Assembly: GCA_036867785.1 (NCBI GenBank)
Contig: CP145411.1
Coordinates: 1,736,001 to 1,800,000 of the forward strand
DNA from: Plasmodiophora brassicae
Lineage: Eukaryota
Direction of reading: 5' to 3'
Length of the DNA: 64,000 nt
Position 1 is the stretch's first letter; the number at the start of each line of letters is the position of its first letter. The position numbers and the translations under genes are program-made. Positions 22,538-33,465 of the stretch are shown one piece after another. The notes beneath the pieces are model-generated. The model was given only the letters and a program-made list of their open reading frames with translations. It did no database searches and was not told the DNA's origin.

Positions 22538-24011
22538 TTACTGCACGGCGACGCCCGCCATGATGTCCAGCACCTTCTCGTACGCGCTGTCGTAGACATG
22601 CGGCGACAGCGGCGCGTCGTGGTCGTTGCTGTGCCCGGCGTCGTTGTTCACCGTAGCGAACCCGACGCGAGACCCGCCCACGTCGAAGATCGTGTAGTAC
22701 TGGCGGATGAACGTGTCACCTGGCGGCGTCTAGGTCGTTAGCAGGCGGTCATCGCACGACACGTTGGGGCGCTGTACCGAGGATCCACAGGGGTCCCATG
22801 GGCGCCGGGATGTCCATCCCTATCAGGCCGAGGACGCAGACGGGGAACCCGTACACCTTCACCTTCATCAGGTACTGCCTGCCGGACAGGCTGAACTTGC
22901 GGCCGCCAACTGTGACCTGGAAGTCGGGCAGCGAGTCCGCCTGCGAGCACGACAGGATGTACGTGCCGCCCGCTGGGCTGGCGAACGCCCCGATGTCGTT
23001 CGCGAACGCGTCCACCTCCGCTTTGGGCCCGGCGATCAGCGACGTCCCCGTGTCGACAATGGCCTGCCGGGTCACCATCGGTCAGGCAACCGGATACGTA
23101 ACACTGTCGACGGCGCCCCAGCGGACCGTTGTGCAGGCCGACGGGCGCCCTTCCGGCCCCAGCGAGTCCACGTCGAGGACCCAGTACGTCTCCTTGGCCA
23201 GCGTCGCCCACGTGATGTCGCCCTTGAAGTGCGCCCGGTCGTACCCGCCGAGGACGAGCTCACCGGTCTGGCCCGGCTTGCTCGGCAGGTAGAACGCGAA
23301 CTGGTTCCTGGCGATCAGCCTCTGCTCCCAGGCGCGCTGGAACACGGGGTCCAGATCGTCCACGCTGATGGACCGGAACGCCATCCCGAGTATACCGTCG
23401 AACTTGCCCTGCTTGAAGGCCTCGCCGGGTTCGTCGGTGGCCTCGGCGAACTGGACGTTGCCGATCTGGAGCCCGCCCCACGTGACCACGTCGGTGCTGA
23501 CGAACCCGCTGAGCGACCCGCTCCCGTAGTGGATCTCGAACCGGGTCCCGTTCGCCCTGTACGTGGCCGACCGCGTATGGTCGTACTTGGCGTGGTTGCA
23601 ATCGGGGCACTTGCTCGACGGGACCCACAGGTTCGAGCTGCCCGTGTCGAAGATGACTTTGAACGTCTGGCCGGGCGTGCCGATGTCCACGTTCCCGTAG
23701 TACTGCGCGTTCATGAAGTCCTGCAGAGGGACGTACGGCGGGTGCGACACGCCGTACTTGTCGTACCCGCTGTACGCCTGCGCCCCGGCCGCACCCTTCG
23801 ACACGTGGTGCAGGGCGATACGAATCGTCCCGTCGTCGTTCCGGATCGGCGCGGCCGCATCCAGCCTCGCGTGCGCGTCGTTCGCGTCAGCGAAGAACTG
23901 CCGGATGCCGGCCAGCAGGTTCTCCAGGCGGGCGTCGGCGCACGCAGACGCCACCAGCACGGCAACCACGACACCCGCCGCCAGACGCGTTCGTGACGAC
24001 GTCATCGTCAT
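22538..24011 (-). CDS. Pepsin-family (A1) aspartic protease, cathepsin D-like, with signal peptide
   Basis: DFMNAQYYG, IFDTGSSNLWVPS, KFDGILGMAF, AIVDTGTSLIAGP, LWILG|DTFIRQYYTIFD; two introns. Confidence 0.93.
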
Positions 24012-24364
24012 CGGTTCGGGGGGGCGATGTCGAAAATGGGTCCCCCAGCCCTCGCCACTGGCGACGTCCCGCTGGCCACCCGGTAACGTGTGTCGTGACG
24101 CCTGACGGGTGCCGGCAGGTGACCGACTGTCGCGGGTATCGTTGCACCTGGACGAGGCCGTCCCCGTCGCAATTCGCAGCCGTCTGCTGGGCGTACAGCA
24201 AAGCAACCGAAACGGGGCGGGTGTTCGTACAGGAGCTCGCCTTGACTGGCCGTCTCGACCGCCGATGCAGCAATACGTGTACAACGAAGGGTACCCGTGT
24301 TCGCGAAACACCGAGGTCGTATATAGTCCATGCAACGTTATACAACGCAGCGCGAGTTCGCGGG

Positions 24365-25141
24365 TCAGCGGTTGCGTCTGAACTGGGGCGTCTTCGGCTT
24401 CTTCTCGCCCATTCTGGGCGCCATGTACGACGTGTTGCGGGTGTAGACCACGTACCGGGCGTTGTCCTTCAGGTGCCTCATCGACGTGACCTTCAGGGTC
24501 GGCTCCTTGATCTTGACCAGGGCGGTGCCTTTGCCCTTCAGGTACCGTTTCAGGTCGTCGTCGGACGCGATGACCACCGACTCGAAGGCGTCGTCTTTGG
24601 CGAGCGGGTCGGGGTTCGGCACCTGGACCAGAATCGTGCGGATCCGGGGGATAATGACGAGAATGGGCCAGAACGACGACGACCGCAGCGACGTCACCGG
24701 CAATTCCATCTTGACGTATACGCTCTGCTGCGCCGACGTACACACCTGCAGCTGATCCATCTGGAACTTCTGCAGGACGCTCGACTCGGTCCAGATCTTC
24801 TTCCGGAACGCCGCCACCGTCTCGCTCGTCGCCAGCGACACCGTCTTCGCCTGGTCGGCCGGGTTCAGCGGCGTCCGATCCGCGTCAACCAGCAGGTAGA
24901 AGACCTTCGTCTCTAGGCACACACACTCCACCGTCAGCGCACGGGGCACGCCGCCCGACGACCACATACATCGCCCACCATTCGGTTTATCCGCGGAAGC
25001 GTGCCGCCCGGACGCGACACTCGATAGCAGTCTGACGGACACGGCTGCGGGACCATGCCGACACCGGACGACGGCCGCGTACTGGACACGCGCCCGCAAC
25101 GTGCTCGCCACGGCTCCGAGCAGCGACGCGGCGGTGCTCAT
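24365..25141 (-). CDS. Protein with a Crinkler-like ubiquitin-like N-terminal domain behind an Arg/Ser/Ala-rich leader
   Basis: VFYLLVDAD..TVSLATSETVAAFRKKIW..DQLQV..PILVIIP pattern; one probable intron near 24915-24970. The family assignment is by eye. Confidence 0.5.
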   Translation of the reverse strand: MSTAASLLGAVASTLRARVQYAAVVRCRHGPAAVSVRLLSSVASGRHASADKPNGGRCMWSSGGVPRALTVECVCLETKVFYLLVDADRTPLNPADQAKTVSLATSETVAAFRKKIWTESSVLQKFQMDQLQVCTSAQQSVYVKMELPVTSLRSSSFWPILVIIPRIRTILVQVPNPDPLAKDDAFESVVIASDDDLKRYLKGKGTALVKIKEPTLKVTSMRHLKDNARYVVYTRNTSYMAPRMGEKKPKTPQFRRNR

Positions 25142-25379
25142 CGACGCGCGACCGGCAACTGTTGTCGGCGCCCGCGATTTGAACTGCCGCCGCCGCCCGC
25201 TGCGACTGCGGCGGACCACCGCGCCTCGGACAGCCAGTCGGCAGCGCGTCGGACAGCGACTGGGGCGACGACCTCGGACAGGCCACGTGGGGGGCCGCCT
25301 GCCAACTGCAGCTGCGGCAGGACGGGGGGTGACATGACACGTTCGGTGTTTTCTTCTCCTGGGGGCCAACGGGGGGAAT

Positions 25380-25523
25380 CGGGTTGCAGTCCCCTGTCAG
25401 AATGCCTTCGGGACGGGTTGCAGTCCCCCGTCAGAATTGTTTCGGGACGAGTTGCAGTCCCCCGTCAGAATGCCTTCGGGACGGGTTGCAGTCCCCCGTC
25501 AGAATGCCTCCGGGACGGGTTGC
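25380..25523. repeat. Tandem repeat, about 4.2 x 34 bp (CGGGTTGCAGTCCCCCGTCAGAATGCCTTCGGGA)
   Basis: Units start at 25380, 25414, 25448 and 25482, with a partial unit at 25516. Confidence 0.95.
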
Positions 25524-25555
25524 GGTGGCCGGGCGCTGACGACGGACGGGCGGCG

Positions 25556-27223
25556 ATGGATCAGGTCGGGGCGGGCGCGCTGGTGTACGCCCGGGGCGAT
25601 ACGGAGGGCGACCGCCGGGCGAAGATGGTGGCGGCCATCGAGCGCCTGCCCGTGTACTGGCTGGCGCGGCGCTCCGTCAAGGAGATGTGCATGCGGCAGT
25701 CGGTGGCGGATACGCAGGCCGACGCCGGGGCGCTGCTGGAGGCGTCGCCGATGGCGTGCCAGCTCCGCAGCCTGATCTACGTGCTCGACCGGGCCGCGCA
25801 GGCCACGCTGGAGATGAAGACCGCGGGCGACGCCGACCTGTACGAACCGTTGGAGTTCGTCGAGGCCGTCCGATTGCAATGGGACACGCGGATGCGGTAC
25901 CAGCTGAGGGCGTTCGCCGCCCAGCAGAAACGCCCGCTGATCGCGCCGCGGTCCAAATCAAGCGCCGCGCGCGATGACGTCGCCGAACCGTTCCCGGCGC
26001 ACCTCGTCTTCTCCTGGGCCGACCTGCTCAGCGATCTGGAGAACCTGGTCAACCCGAACGCGACAGCGACCTTCTCCAACCTGAAGGGGTTCGGTCTCAT
26101 CAAGCTGTCGCTGAAGACGCCGTCCCTGGCGACGCTACGGGAGCGGTACCGACAGCTGAGCCCCGACGTTCGCCATGTCGGCCTCGACGACGAACTTGCC
26201 GGGCTGGAATGGTTCCGCAACCAGCGGTACGTCGAAGGGGAACGCCTGCTGAACGACGCGCAGACGACCGTCGCCGACCTGATGAGGTACGCGCAGACCG
26301 GCGTACCGGCATCGCTTCGTCCCCGGTTCTGGAAGCGGATCCTGGGCGTGTGGACGTCGGATCGCGATGTCGCGTACTACGAGCGGCTCATCACGCAGGT
26401 TCGCCGCTGGGAGCTGATCACCGACGACCTGTACCGGCTGGAGGTCCAGGAGACGACCGACAACGCCGCCTACTTTGTGTTCGAGGACATGCTCGACGAG
26501 ATCATGCTGGCTTTCAGCCGGGATTCGTGGCTGCCCAAGAACAGCACGCTGCCGTTGTGCCTGGCGCCGCTCACGACGAACGTCTTCTCGGAGGCGGCCG
26601 TCCCGGGCCGCGACGACGGCGCCGGGTACCCGTTCGCGGATGCGAACGGCAAGCTGTCCCCGTCGCTGGTGGAGAATTCCGGCATCGAGATCGACGACCA
26701 GGGCACGGCAACGATCCCGCCGTGCGGCGTGGTCCCGTTCCACCATCAGGTGATGCTGGCGGCGCCGCTCTGCTACCTGTTCCAGCGCTGCGAGCACACG
26801 TACTTCGTGTTCCGGCACATGTACGCCAGGTACTTCTGTCGCCTGCATACGATCAGCTCGCGGCCGGGCACGATCCTGCACCTGTGCAAGCTGTTCGAGG
26901 ACCTCGTGCAGTCGCGTAGCCCGCAGGTGTTCTACCATGCGGTCGAGGTGGGCATGCCGCCGCTGCGGGTCGTGTTCCCCTGGCTGTTCACAGCGTTCTC
27001 CGGGTACCTGGCCGTCGACCAGGTGCTGACGCTGTGGGACCGCATCCTCGCGTACGACTCGCTGGAGCTGCTCGCCATTCTCGCCAGCGCCATCTTCCTG
27101 TTCCGGTCAAAGTCGGTGCTGAACGCGACGTCGAGCGACGAGATCCGCGACATCTTCGAGGACGGCATCTACTTCCGGGTCATGCCCCTGCTCCAGCATT
27201 TCCTGTTCGACTCCAGCCGATAA
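25556..27223 (+). CDS. TBC1D19: TBC domain protein TBC1D19-like (intronless)
   Basis: YFVFEDMLDEIMLAFSRD, PPCGVVPFH, FRHMYARYFCRLHTISS, AFSGYLAVDQVLTLWDRILAYDSLELLAILA. Confidence 0.85.
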   Translation: MDQVGAGALVYARGDTEGDRRAKMVAAIERLPVYWLARRSVKEMCMRQSVADTQADAGALLEASPMACQLRSLIYVLDRAAQATLEMKTAGDADLYEPLEFVEAVRLQWDTRMRYQLRAFAAQQKRPLIAPRSKSSAARDDVAEPFPAHLVFSWADLLSDLENLVNPNATATFSNLKGFGLIKLSLKTPSLATLRERYRQLSPDVRHVGLDDELAGLEWFRNQRYVEGERLLNDAQTTVADLMRYAQTGVPASLRPRFWKRILGVWTSDRDVAYYERLITQVRRWELITDDLYRLEVQETTDNAAYFVFEDMLDEIMLAFSRDSWLPKNSTLPLCLAPLTTNVFSEAAVPGRDDGAGYPFADANGKLSPSLVENSGIEIDDQGTATIPPCGVVPFHHQVMLAAPLCYLFQRCEHTYFVFRHMYARYFCRLHTISSRPGTILHLCKLFEDLVQSRSPQVFYHAVEVGMPPLRVVFPWLFTAFSGYLAVDQVLTLWDRILAYDSLELLAILASAIFLFRSKSVLNATSSDEIRDIFEDGIYFRVMPLLQHFLFDSSR

Positions 27224-27252
27224 ATAGAGCTATTTGCTATGTATGGTCATGG

Positions 27253-27921
27253 TTACTGGTGCGCGCCGATGTCGCGGAGCAGGTCCTCCCCGAGCAGGTC
27301 CCGCCACTTGGCCGCCTTCGCGACGATCGGGTTCTTCATCGCGTGCGCCGGACTGGAACTCGGCAGCCGTACGACGCGAACACCCGGTCGGCACTGCTGT
27401 TTCGTGAACAGCTGGTGAGCCAGCGACCCGTTGCAGGCGACGGTGCGGATCGACGCATGCTTCTGCAGGAGCTCAGCGATGGGGTTGGCCAGCACGTCCT
27501 TAATGTCGGCGTCGGCGCTGCCTCGCCGGGCAAACTGCCCGCAGATGTCCCACAGGGCGATCCGGTGCCGTTTCAGGTGCGCCAGCCGGTCCTCGTACGC
27601 AGCGGAAACGTCGAGGCCGATCAGTTCGCCCAGGATCGGCCAGAAATGGTTGCTCGGGTTCCCGTAGTACTGCTGGCGCTGCAGTGCGATGACGCTGGGT
27701 GCCGACCCGACAATCAACAGGACCGGGTCGGCGTGCGGCTCCCCGGGGCTGGCAATCACAGGGGCGAACGACGCCGCCAGCGACGGCGCCGCGCGACGCC
27801 CAGCCTGATACCTTTGCAGCATCCTGCCCGCCCGTCTCTTGATTGGATTGGAAGCAGCGGCGTCGTCGGCGGCGGCGACGGCTTGCTCGCTGGCCGGCCG
27901 TTTCGTCCCGATGCGGTCCAT
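27253..27921 (-). CDS. UDG superfamily family-6-like hypoxanthine (deoxyinosine) DNA glycosylase
   Basis: LIVGSAPSVIALQRQQYYGNPSNHFW, IALWD, VACNG, LPSSSPAHA; intronless, with a basic N-terminal extension. Confidence 0.8.
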   Translation of the reverse strand: MDRIGTKRPASEQAVAAADDAAASNPIKRRAGRMLQRYQAGRRAAPSLAASFAPVIASPGEPHADPVLLIVGSAPSVIALQRQQYYGNPSNHFWPILGELIGLDVSAAYEDRLAHLKRHRIALWDICGQFARRGSADADIKDVLANPIAELLQKHASIRTVACNGSLAHQLFTKQQCRPGVRVVRLPSSSPAHAMKNPIVAKAAKWRDLLGEDLLRDIGAHQ

Positions 27922-28052
27922 CAGTCAGGGAAAAACTGCGTGGCTACCGACCGCGCACTGGCGCTGGACCCTCCGGGGCGACATGCGCCATTCAACGCGC
28001 GCCTTACATAGCCAGCAGAGTCGTTCATAATAATAGTAGTAGTAGACGGTTG

Positions 28053-29948
28053 TCACCATGCCGGCTCGGTAAGCCTGTCGAGCTGCTCGACCAGCGCCTT
28101 GACGATCCGGGCAGGGACGGACGGCCATTCGGCGACCTGGCGCTTGACGATGCCGCGTTTCAAGTAGAAGTGGGCCCGAACGGCGTCGGCGAACTCCGCG
28201 TACGGGTTCGCCAGCGCGTCCGTCATCGCCCAGCGTATTGTGCTCGGATACAGGTTCCTGTTGTACTCGTTGCTGGCCTGCTCGCCCTGGCGGGACCCTT
28301 GCGACTCCTCGAACCCGGGCTCGTTGAAGTACGGCTTAGGGATGAAGATCAGGGCCTGCACCGAGACGACGACCTGCAGAAACGACGACGCCGCGCTCCA
28401 CCTCTCTGCCGCGCGACCTTCCCAGGTGCCCAGCAACGACAGGCACACCTTGCCGCAGTTGTACAGGTTCGGGTTGAACCGGACCGTGCCGCCGCCCGTC
28501 GTCCGCAGCAGCATCCTGGGCGGCTTCATCGGGTACGCGTTCGGGAAGAACACATCGAACACGAACGCGCCGTTGCTGTACGGCGTGCCGCTGGCCGGGA
28601 AGATCAGCACGCGAGCGAACCGCATGTCCATCTGGCTGGAGCGCACCAGGACGCACGACTCCTGGTTGACCGGCAGCGACCGGCGCAGCGTCGCCAGCTC
28701 ATGCGCCAGGCGCCGAACGACGGGCGCGCTCGGCGCCTCCTTCGCCTCCTTGCTGTCCTTGAACAGATGCTGCGGGAAGTCGTCCACCAACTGGAAGCGC
28801 TGCGCCTCCATGAACGTCTCGTACTGGGCGGCAGCCTCATCGTCCAGCAGGTACGACGCCGTCGGCGCCGCTGTCGCTTGCGCAGGCGTCTCCGCCTTCA
28901 GCGTCGAACCGTCCCGCTGGGCGTCCACCGGGCAGACGTCCAGCGTCGCGTGCGCCGCCGCCAGGATGTTCTCCACGATCCCGTTCCCGTCGTCGGCCTG
29001 CGATGACGACGTCGACTGAATCAGCAGGTGCGCGTCCTCAGCCTTTTGCTTCGCGCGACAACGTTCGTCAGGGCGGGCGACAAGCAATGGGACCAAACGG
29101 GCACGGTACCTTGAGGCCGGCGAGGGCGCCGTAGATCGACAGGCCGGACGGCGGTTCCAGGTAGCCGATCAGGTTCATTTCGTCGCGGGACGACAGGATC
29201 GTGCAGAGGCGCAGGGCGGCGAGCAGCGCCGAGTAGTACATCTCGGCCTCCAGCATCGAGTCGACGTCGAGGATCGTCGTCACGGCGACGACGATGTTGG
29301 ATTCGGTCAGCAGGTTCGCGATGAAGGCGAACGACGCCGGCGGGCACAGCTCGACCTGGTCGCAGAGCGTGCCCAGCTCGCCGGCCAGCTCGTCCGAGAA
29401 GGCTTTCTTCGTGCGGATCGTTTCGTTCACGTCAAAGTCTTTCGAGTGGCGATCGCCGTACCCGGTGCCCTTCGCCCAGGCGCTCGACGCGTCGCCGCCG
29501 TCGTGCGGGCGCTTGCGTGGGTGTGACGACGACGACGACGACGACGGTTCTGGATTCGTTGTCGTCTTGGCAACGGGGATGGCCTCCAGGGACGGCTGCT
29601 GCTGTTGGCGATTGTCAGGGTGTCGAGGCATGCGTCCGGTCAGGATCACAACGCGGTACAGGACGAGCTTGATAGTTTTGATGATACGTGGAGCGCTGGG
29701 GTGCATCAGCGACAGGTCTGCAAGCGAATCCGACATGCCGACCTCGTACCCTGGCGTGGTCTCCCAGGCATCCGGCGCCGCATCGCCGCCGTCATCGGCG
29801 TCGTCCCATCCGGCGCTGCACGCCCGGCAACCCGTCAGCACGCAAGCAATCCCAGGCGCGCACACACCATGCCTCACTCGTCCAAATCGACGTCGTCGTC
29901 CTCGACAAAGTCGCCCAGGTCGCGCTCGACGACCTCCATGTCTGCCAT
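28053..29948 (-). CDS. BIRC6/BRUCE-type ubiquitin-conjugating (UBC) domain protein
   Basis: WAKGTGYG, GTPYSNGAFVFDVFFP, TTGGGTVRFNPNLYNCGKVCLSLLGTW, PYFNEPGFE; several introns. Confidence 0.88.
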
Positions 29949-30145
29949 CGCGACCCGCCACGGAGATCGCAAATGCAGTTTCCGGGAACGTGCGGGCGCC
30001 ACTGTCATTTTCCGTCGAAATCTGCGTGGGATCGATCATGGACAGCATCGCTCTGGTTGCAGCGACAGCAAGCGGCCTCGCCTATGGGGCGCCGGCCGAC
30101 CGCAACGTATAATCATACCATTAGCGTTTTACAATACGGTAGGTT

Positions 30146-31767
30146 TCATGTTAGGTCGAGCTCGACGGACGGTCGTCGGGACGTTTCGGGGATGGGTTCG
30201 ACGGCGGCCATTCGAGGCACCGACGGGAACTCGTATTCGGCGACGACAGGCGTGATCTCGTCCATGGCGTCCAGGCGTTCTAGTTCGTCTTCCAGCTCCT
30301 TCATGTCCTCGGCCTGGCCGGAAACGTCTGACGCACTTCGATCAGACGCAGCGGGATACACAAAGGCACACGACAGCGAACCTTGCGACAGCGCTTGGTC
30401 GATCTCGCTGGCGTCCGCCAGCGTATCCTGCAGGTCGGCCATGAAATCGCCGGCAGACTCGGCATCCAGGCCGCATTCCTTCTGGATCTGCGTGACCGCC
30501 TGGGACGCCTGTTTCATCGCCGAGAACACTTCGCGATTGGAGTGCGACGACGATATCCGAAGCAGGAGCCCTTGCAGGTTGTGCAGCTGCTGGCTTCGCG
30601 TCTCTTCCTCCTTCTCCAGCGCCTGCAGCAACGCCCGATTAGACGATCGCAACACGTGCCGTGAGACTCCATGCCGACCTTCACCGCAGCGAGGTGATAC
30701 TTCGCCAACGTTTTCCGTTGGATTCTGAGGGCGGCCTTGACCTCTTTCATCTTCTCCGCCCGTTTGCCCTCGACGTCGGCCAGGTGCTCCTGCAGGTACT
30801 GCATCGTGTACTTCAGGTTGGCGATGTTCCTATCCGAGTCGCCGACGGGTTCCACGGGCAGCCTCGAGCTCGACGTTATCTTCACGAACAGGGTCTGCGC
30901 CTGGCCCATGAACGTTGCCGCCTTCCCGTCGACCACCAACTGCCTCAGCACGATCTGCGTGTCCGCGTCTAGGCGGGCGGCAATCGACGAATCCAGGAGC
31001 GACTGGTTCTCGGTCGACAAGTCTATCCCAGACCGGGCTGCCAGAACGCGCTTGATGTGCGCAACGTCGATGATGCGGTCGACCTCGTTGAACGACGACG
31101 ACAGCAGCGTGTCAAGCAGGTCGGCGGCCCGCTCCCGAACCAGTTGCGTGAAGAAGAACGGGCCATTCGAGAGCGTGTCCGACGAGGACGAGAACAGGGC
31201 ACTGGTGATCCCGGAGGTGACGAGCGTCCATATGTTGGTCAGGAGGTTCGGCGGGTTTAGGAACGTGCCTACCGGGCAGGCCTGGCCGGTGGCGACCAGT
31301 TCCCGCATGACCTCGTCGATGCACTCCGGGTACATTCCATGGCGAGTGAAATGCCTCGTGATCTCGTCCAGGTTGACGTGCGTCGTGCGCTTCTGGGACG
31401 CATACGACCGGATGGCTTCCAGCCACCAGTTCACGTGCGCCGCATGTCCTTCCGGATCGATCGACGCCAACGGAGCATCCGCAAATCGTATCGCCTGAAG
31501 GGACCGCACATTGGGACGGCGAAGAGCGCATCAATCACGGCACGTCCGAACCATTAGACGGTCGTCGTCCCATCCGTCAGGGAACACGTACGCCCGCGAC
31601 TGATACTGCCCGGGAAACGCCGTCGTCGGCGACGGCATCGCGACGGCGCCCTCCCCCTTGTACGCCAGGTACGACGAGGCCGACGGCGACGCCGCCGACT
31701 GGAACGACAGCCTCATCGGCGACAGCGGCTGCTGGGCGTCCGCCCGGCGCGGCGTCGACAACGACAT
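30146..31767 (-). CDS. CHMP7: CHMP7/Chm7 (ESCRT-II/III hybrid)
   Basis: Winged-helix-like N-terminal part (NWWLEAIRSY..FTRHGMYPECIDEVMRELV) followed by a Snf7-like domain (LHNLQGLLLRISSSHSNREVFSAMKQAS, ELEDELERL). Confidence 0.75.
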
Positions 31768-31944
31768 CGACCCCCCCTCGGGCCCGCCACGCAATTAACT
31801 GCAACCATGCCCCGTGGCCGTGCGTGACCGCGCGCTCCCTCCCCCGACTGACATGGGGGCCTCACCCACCTCGGACGCTGCCGCCGCCCTGACTGGCAGG
31901 GAGGCTGCCATGCGGGCCCGCCGCGAATTAATGTTTCATTCGAT

Positions 31945-32949
31945 TTACTGGATGCGACAGGCAGGGGCGCCGGCGTCGGCGACGTCGTCGTCGTCGTCGG
32001 CTGCGGGGTCGTCGCCGCCCTCGGAGGAGCTGGCGTCGGCGACGGCACCGGGGTGCAGGCCGACGTCGGTCGGGGGCGGGTCACCGGGCGGTTGCCGCAG
32101 GTACGGGGACAGGATCGGGAGTTCGACGAGCTCGGCGAGGGAGATTCGCTCGTGCCTGTCCTTGGCTAGCATGCGGTTCAGGAGCAGGTCTCGGAAGTCG
32201 GTGGAGAAGGTGTCCGGGATGGGTTCCGGCGGGTCGTCGACGAGTTTCCGCATGACTTCCAGCGGCGACGACCCGTGCCATGGGGCCGACGCGGCAGCCA
32301 GCTTGTATACGGTGACAGCCAGCGCCCAGACCTGCGCCTTCGTGTCGTCCTGATCTCTCGGCGTGGTCGACGACCGCTGCTCGACGCGTTCCGGTGCCCA
32401 GACGATCACGCTTTCGTCGTCGACCGTCTGGGTGGGGTCGACGTTTTCGCACAGGAGCATATCCAGGATGTCGACGACGAGGTCGTCGTCGTTCTCGTCC
32501 AGCGCGCAGACGTCGGCATGAACTGGCGCCAGCTTCTCGAACAGGGGCCGCGACCCGCGATAAACATTGAGTAGGCCACTGCCGACCTGGGCGATGACTT
32601 TCAACGCGAACGCTTCTCCGACGGGCCCGCCGGTATCCATGTTCGACAGCGTTCGACGCTGGTACCGGGTTATAACTACGAGTTCGTTGCCCGTGATCGA
32701 CATGTCGAGGATGCCGCCTACGTGAGCATCACCCAGGACAGCGATCCGCTCGATCATGCCGGCGACACCCTGCAGACGCGGGGCCCGCCCAACGTCAATC
32801 GTCGTTCGAATGCAGAAGTCGCCGGCGTAGATCGTCCCCGACGATCGTCGCCGGCGAACGATCTGCCGCTCGCAGCATTTGCTCAGCGTGCGGATCGATG
32901 GGCCGGCGCCCTCCTCGACAGGCTCGTAGCGTTGATCGATGATCGACAT
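31945..32949 (-). CDS. NEK-like pseudokinase (intronless)
   Basis: The kinase C-lobe is recognisable (WAPERV..DTKAQVWALAVTVYKLA..PW..PIPDTFSTDFRDLL..MLAKDRHERIS), but no GxGxxG, VAIK, HRD or DFG motif is visible. Confidence 0.65.
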   Translation of the reverse strand: MSIIDQRYEPVEEGAGPSIRTLSKCCERQIVRRRRSSGTIYAGDFCIRTTIDVGRAPRLQGVAGMIERIAVLGDAHVGGILDMSITGNELVVITRYQRRTLSNMDTGGPVGEAFALKVIAQVGSGLLNVYRGSRPLFEKLAPVHADVCALDENDDDLVVDILDMLLCENVDPTQTVDDESVIVWAPERVEQRSSTTPRDQDDTKAQVWALAVTVYKLAAASAPWHGSSPLEVMRKLVDDPPEPIPDTFSTDFRDLLLNRMLAKDRHERISLAELVELPILSPYLRQPPGDPPPTDVGLHPGAVADASSSEGGDDPAADDDDDVADAGAPACRIQ

Positions 32950-33180
32950 CAGGTCATTCGCGCCGCCTCGCCCGGGCGCAGACCGCCCCCCGAACCGCGA
33001 TCCCCTCTGGACCCTTCTGTGACTGCGCACTGCCGCCCACAACGACAATCACCGCCTCGGCGTCATTCGCGGGTCCCAGGACTGCTCGACGCGAGTTGCC
33101 GGCCGAATTATCCTGAGAACGCCGTCCCAAACACCAGTGCAGATTTGTCCGCCCCGTCTCTCTGCCGGCGCGTCGTCAGT

Positions 33181-33444
33181 CGTCCCGTCGTTGACAGCCC
33201 ACTGGCGCTGCACACGAGCTGCAACGGTCGGGACTGGGGCTGGCGCACTGTCACGGGGGAGGGCCGAGGGGGGACGGGGCAGGTCAAAGGGGGAAAGCGA
33301 ACTCCTCAAAAGGCGTCCCGTCGTTGGCAGCCCACTGGCGCTGCACACGAGCTGCAACGGTCGGGACTGGGGCTGACCAGCGATGGCGCACTGCCACGGG
33401 GGGACGGGGGACGTCAAAGGGCGGAAAACGAACTCGTCAAAACG
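33181..33444. repeat. About 133 bp tandem duplication in a divergent promoter
   Basis: 33181-33313 and 33314-33444 share CGTCCCGTCGTTGRCAGCCCACTGGCGCTGCACACGAGCTGCAACGGTCGGGACTGGGGCTG plus a diverged G-rich tail. Confidence 0.92.
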
Positions 33445-33465
33445 TCATTTGGGAATCGGACGGGA

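Noticed and set aside
25380-25523. CRISPR-like 34 bp repeats
   Set aside because: Head-to-tail tandem copies without spacers.
31780-31931. Short direct repeat GGGCCCGCC..AATTAA at both ends of an intergenic spacer
   Set aside because: An imperfect match of about 19 bp with no internal element features; too weak to call an insertion.
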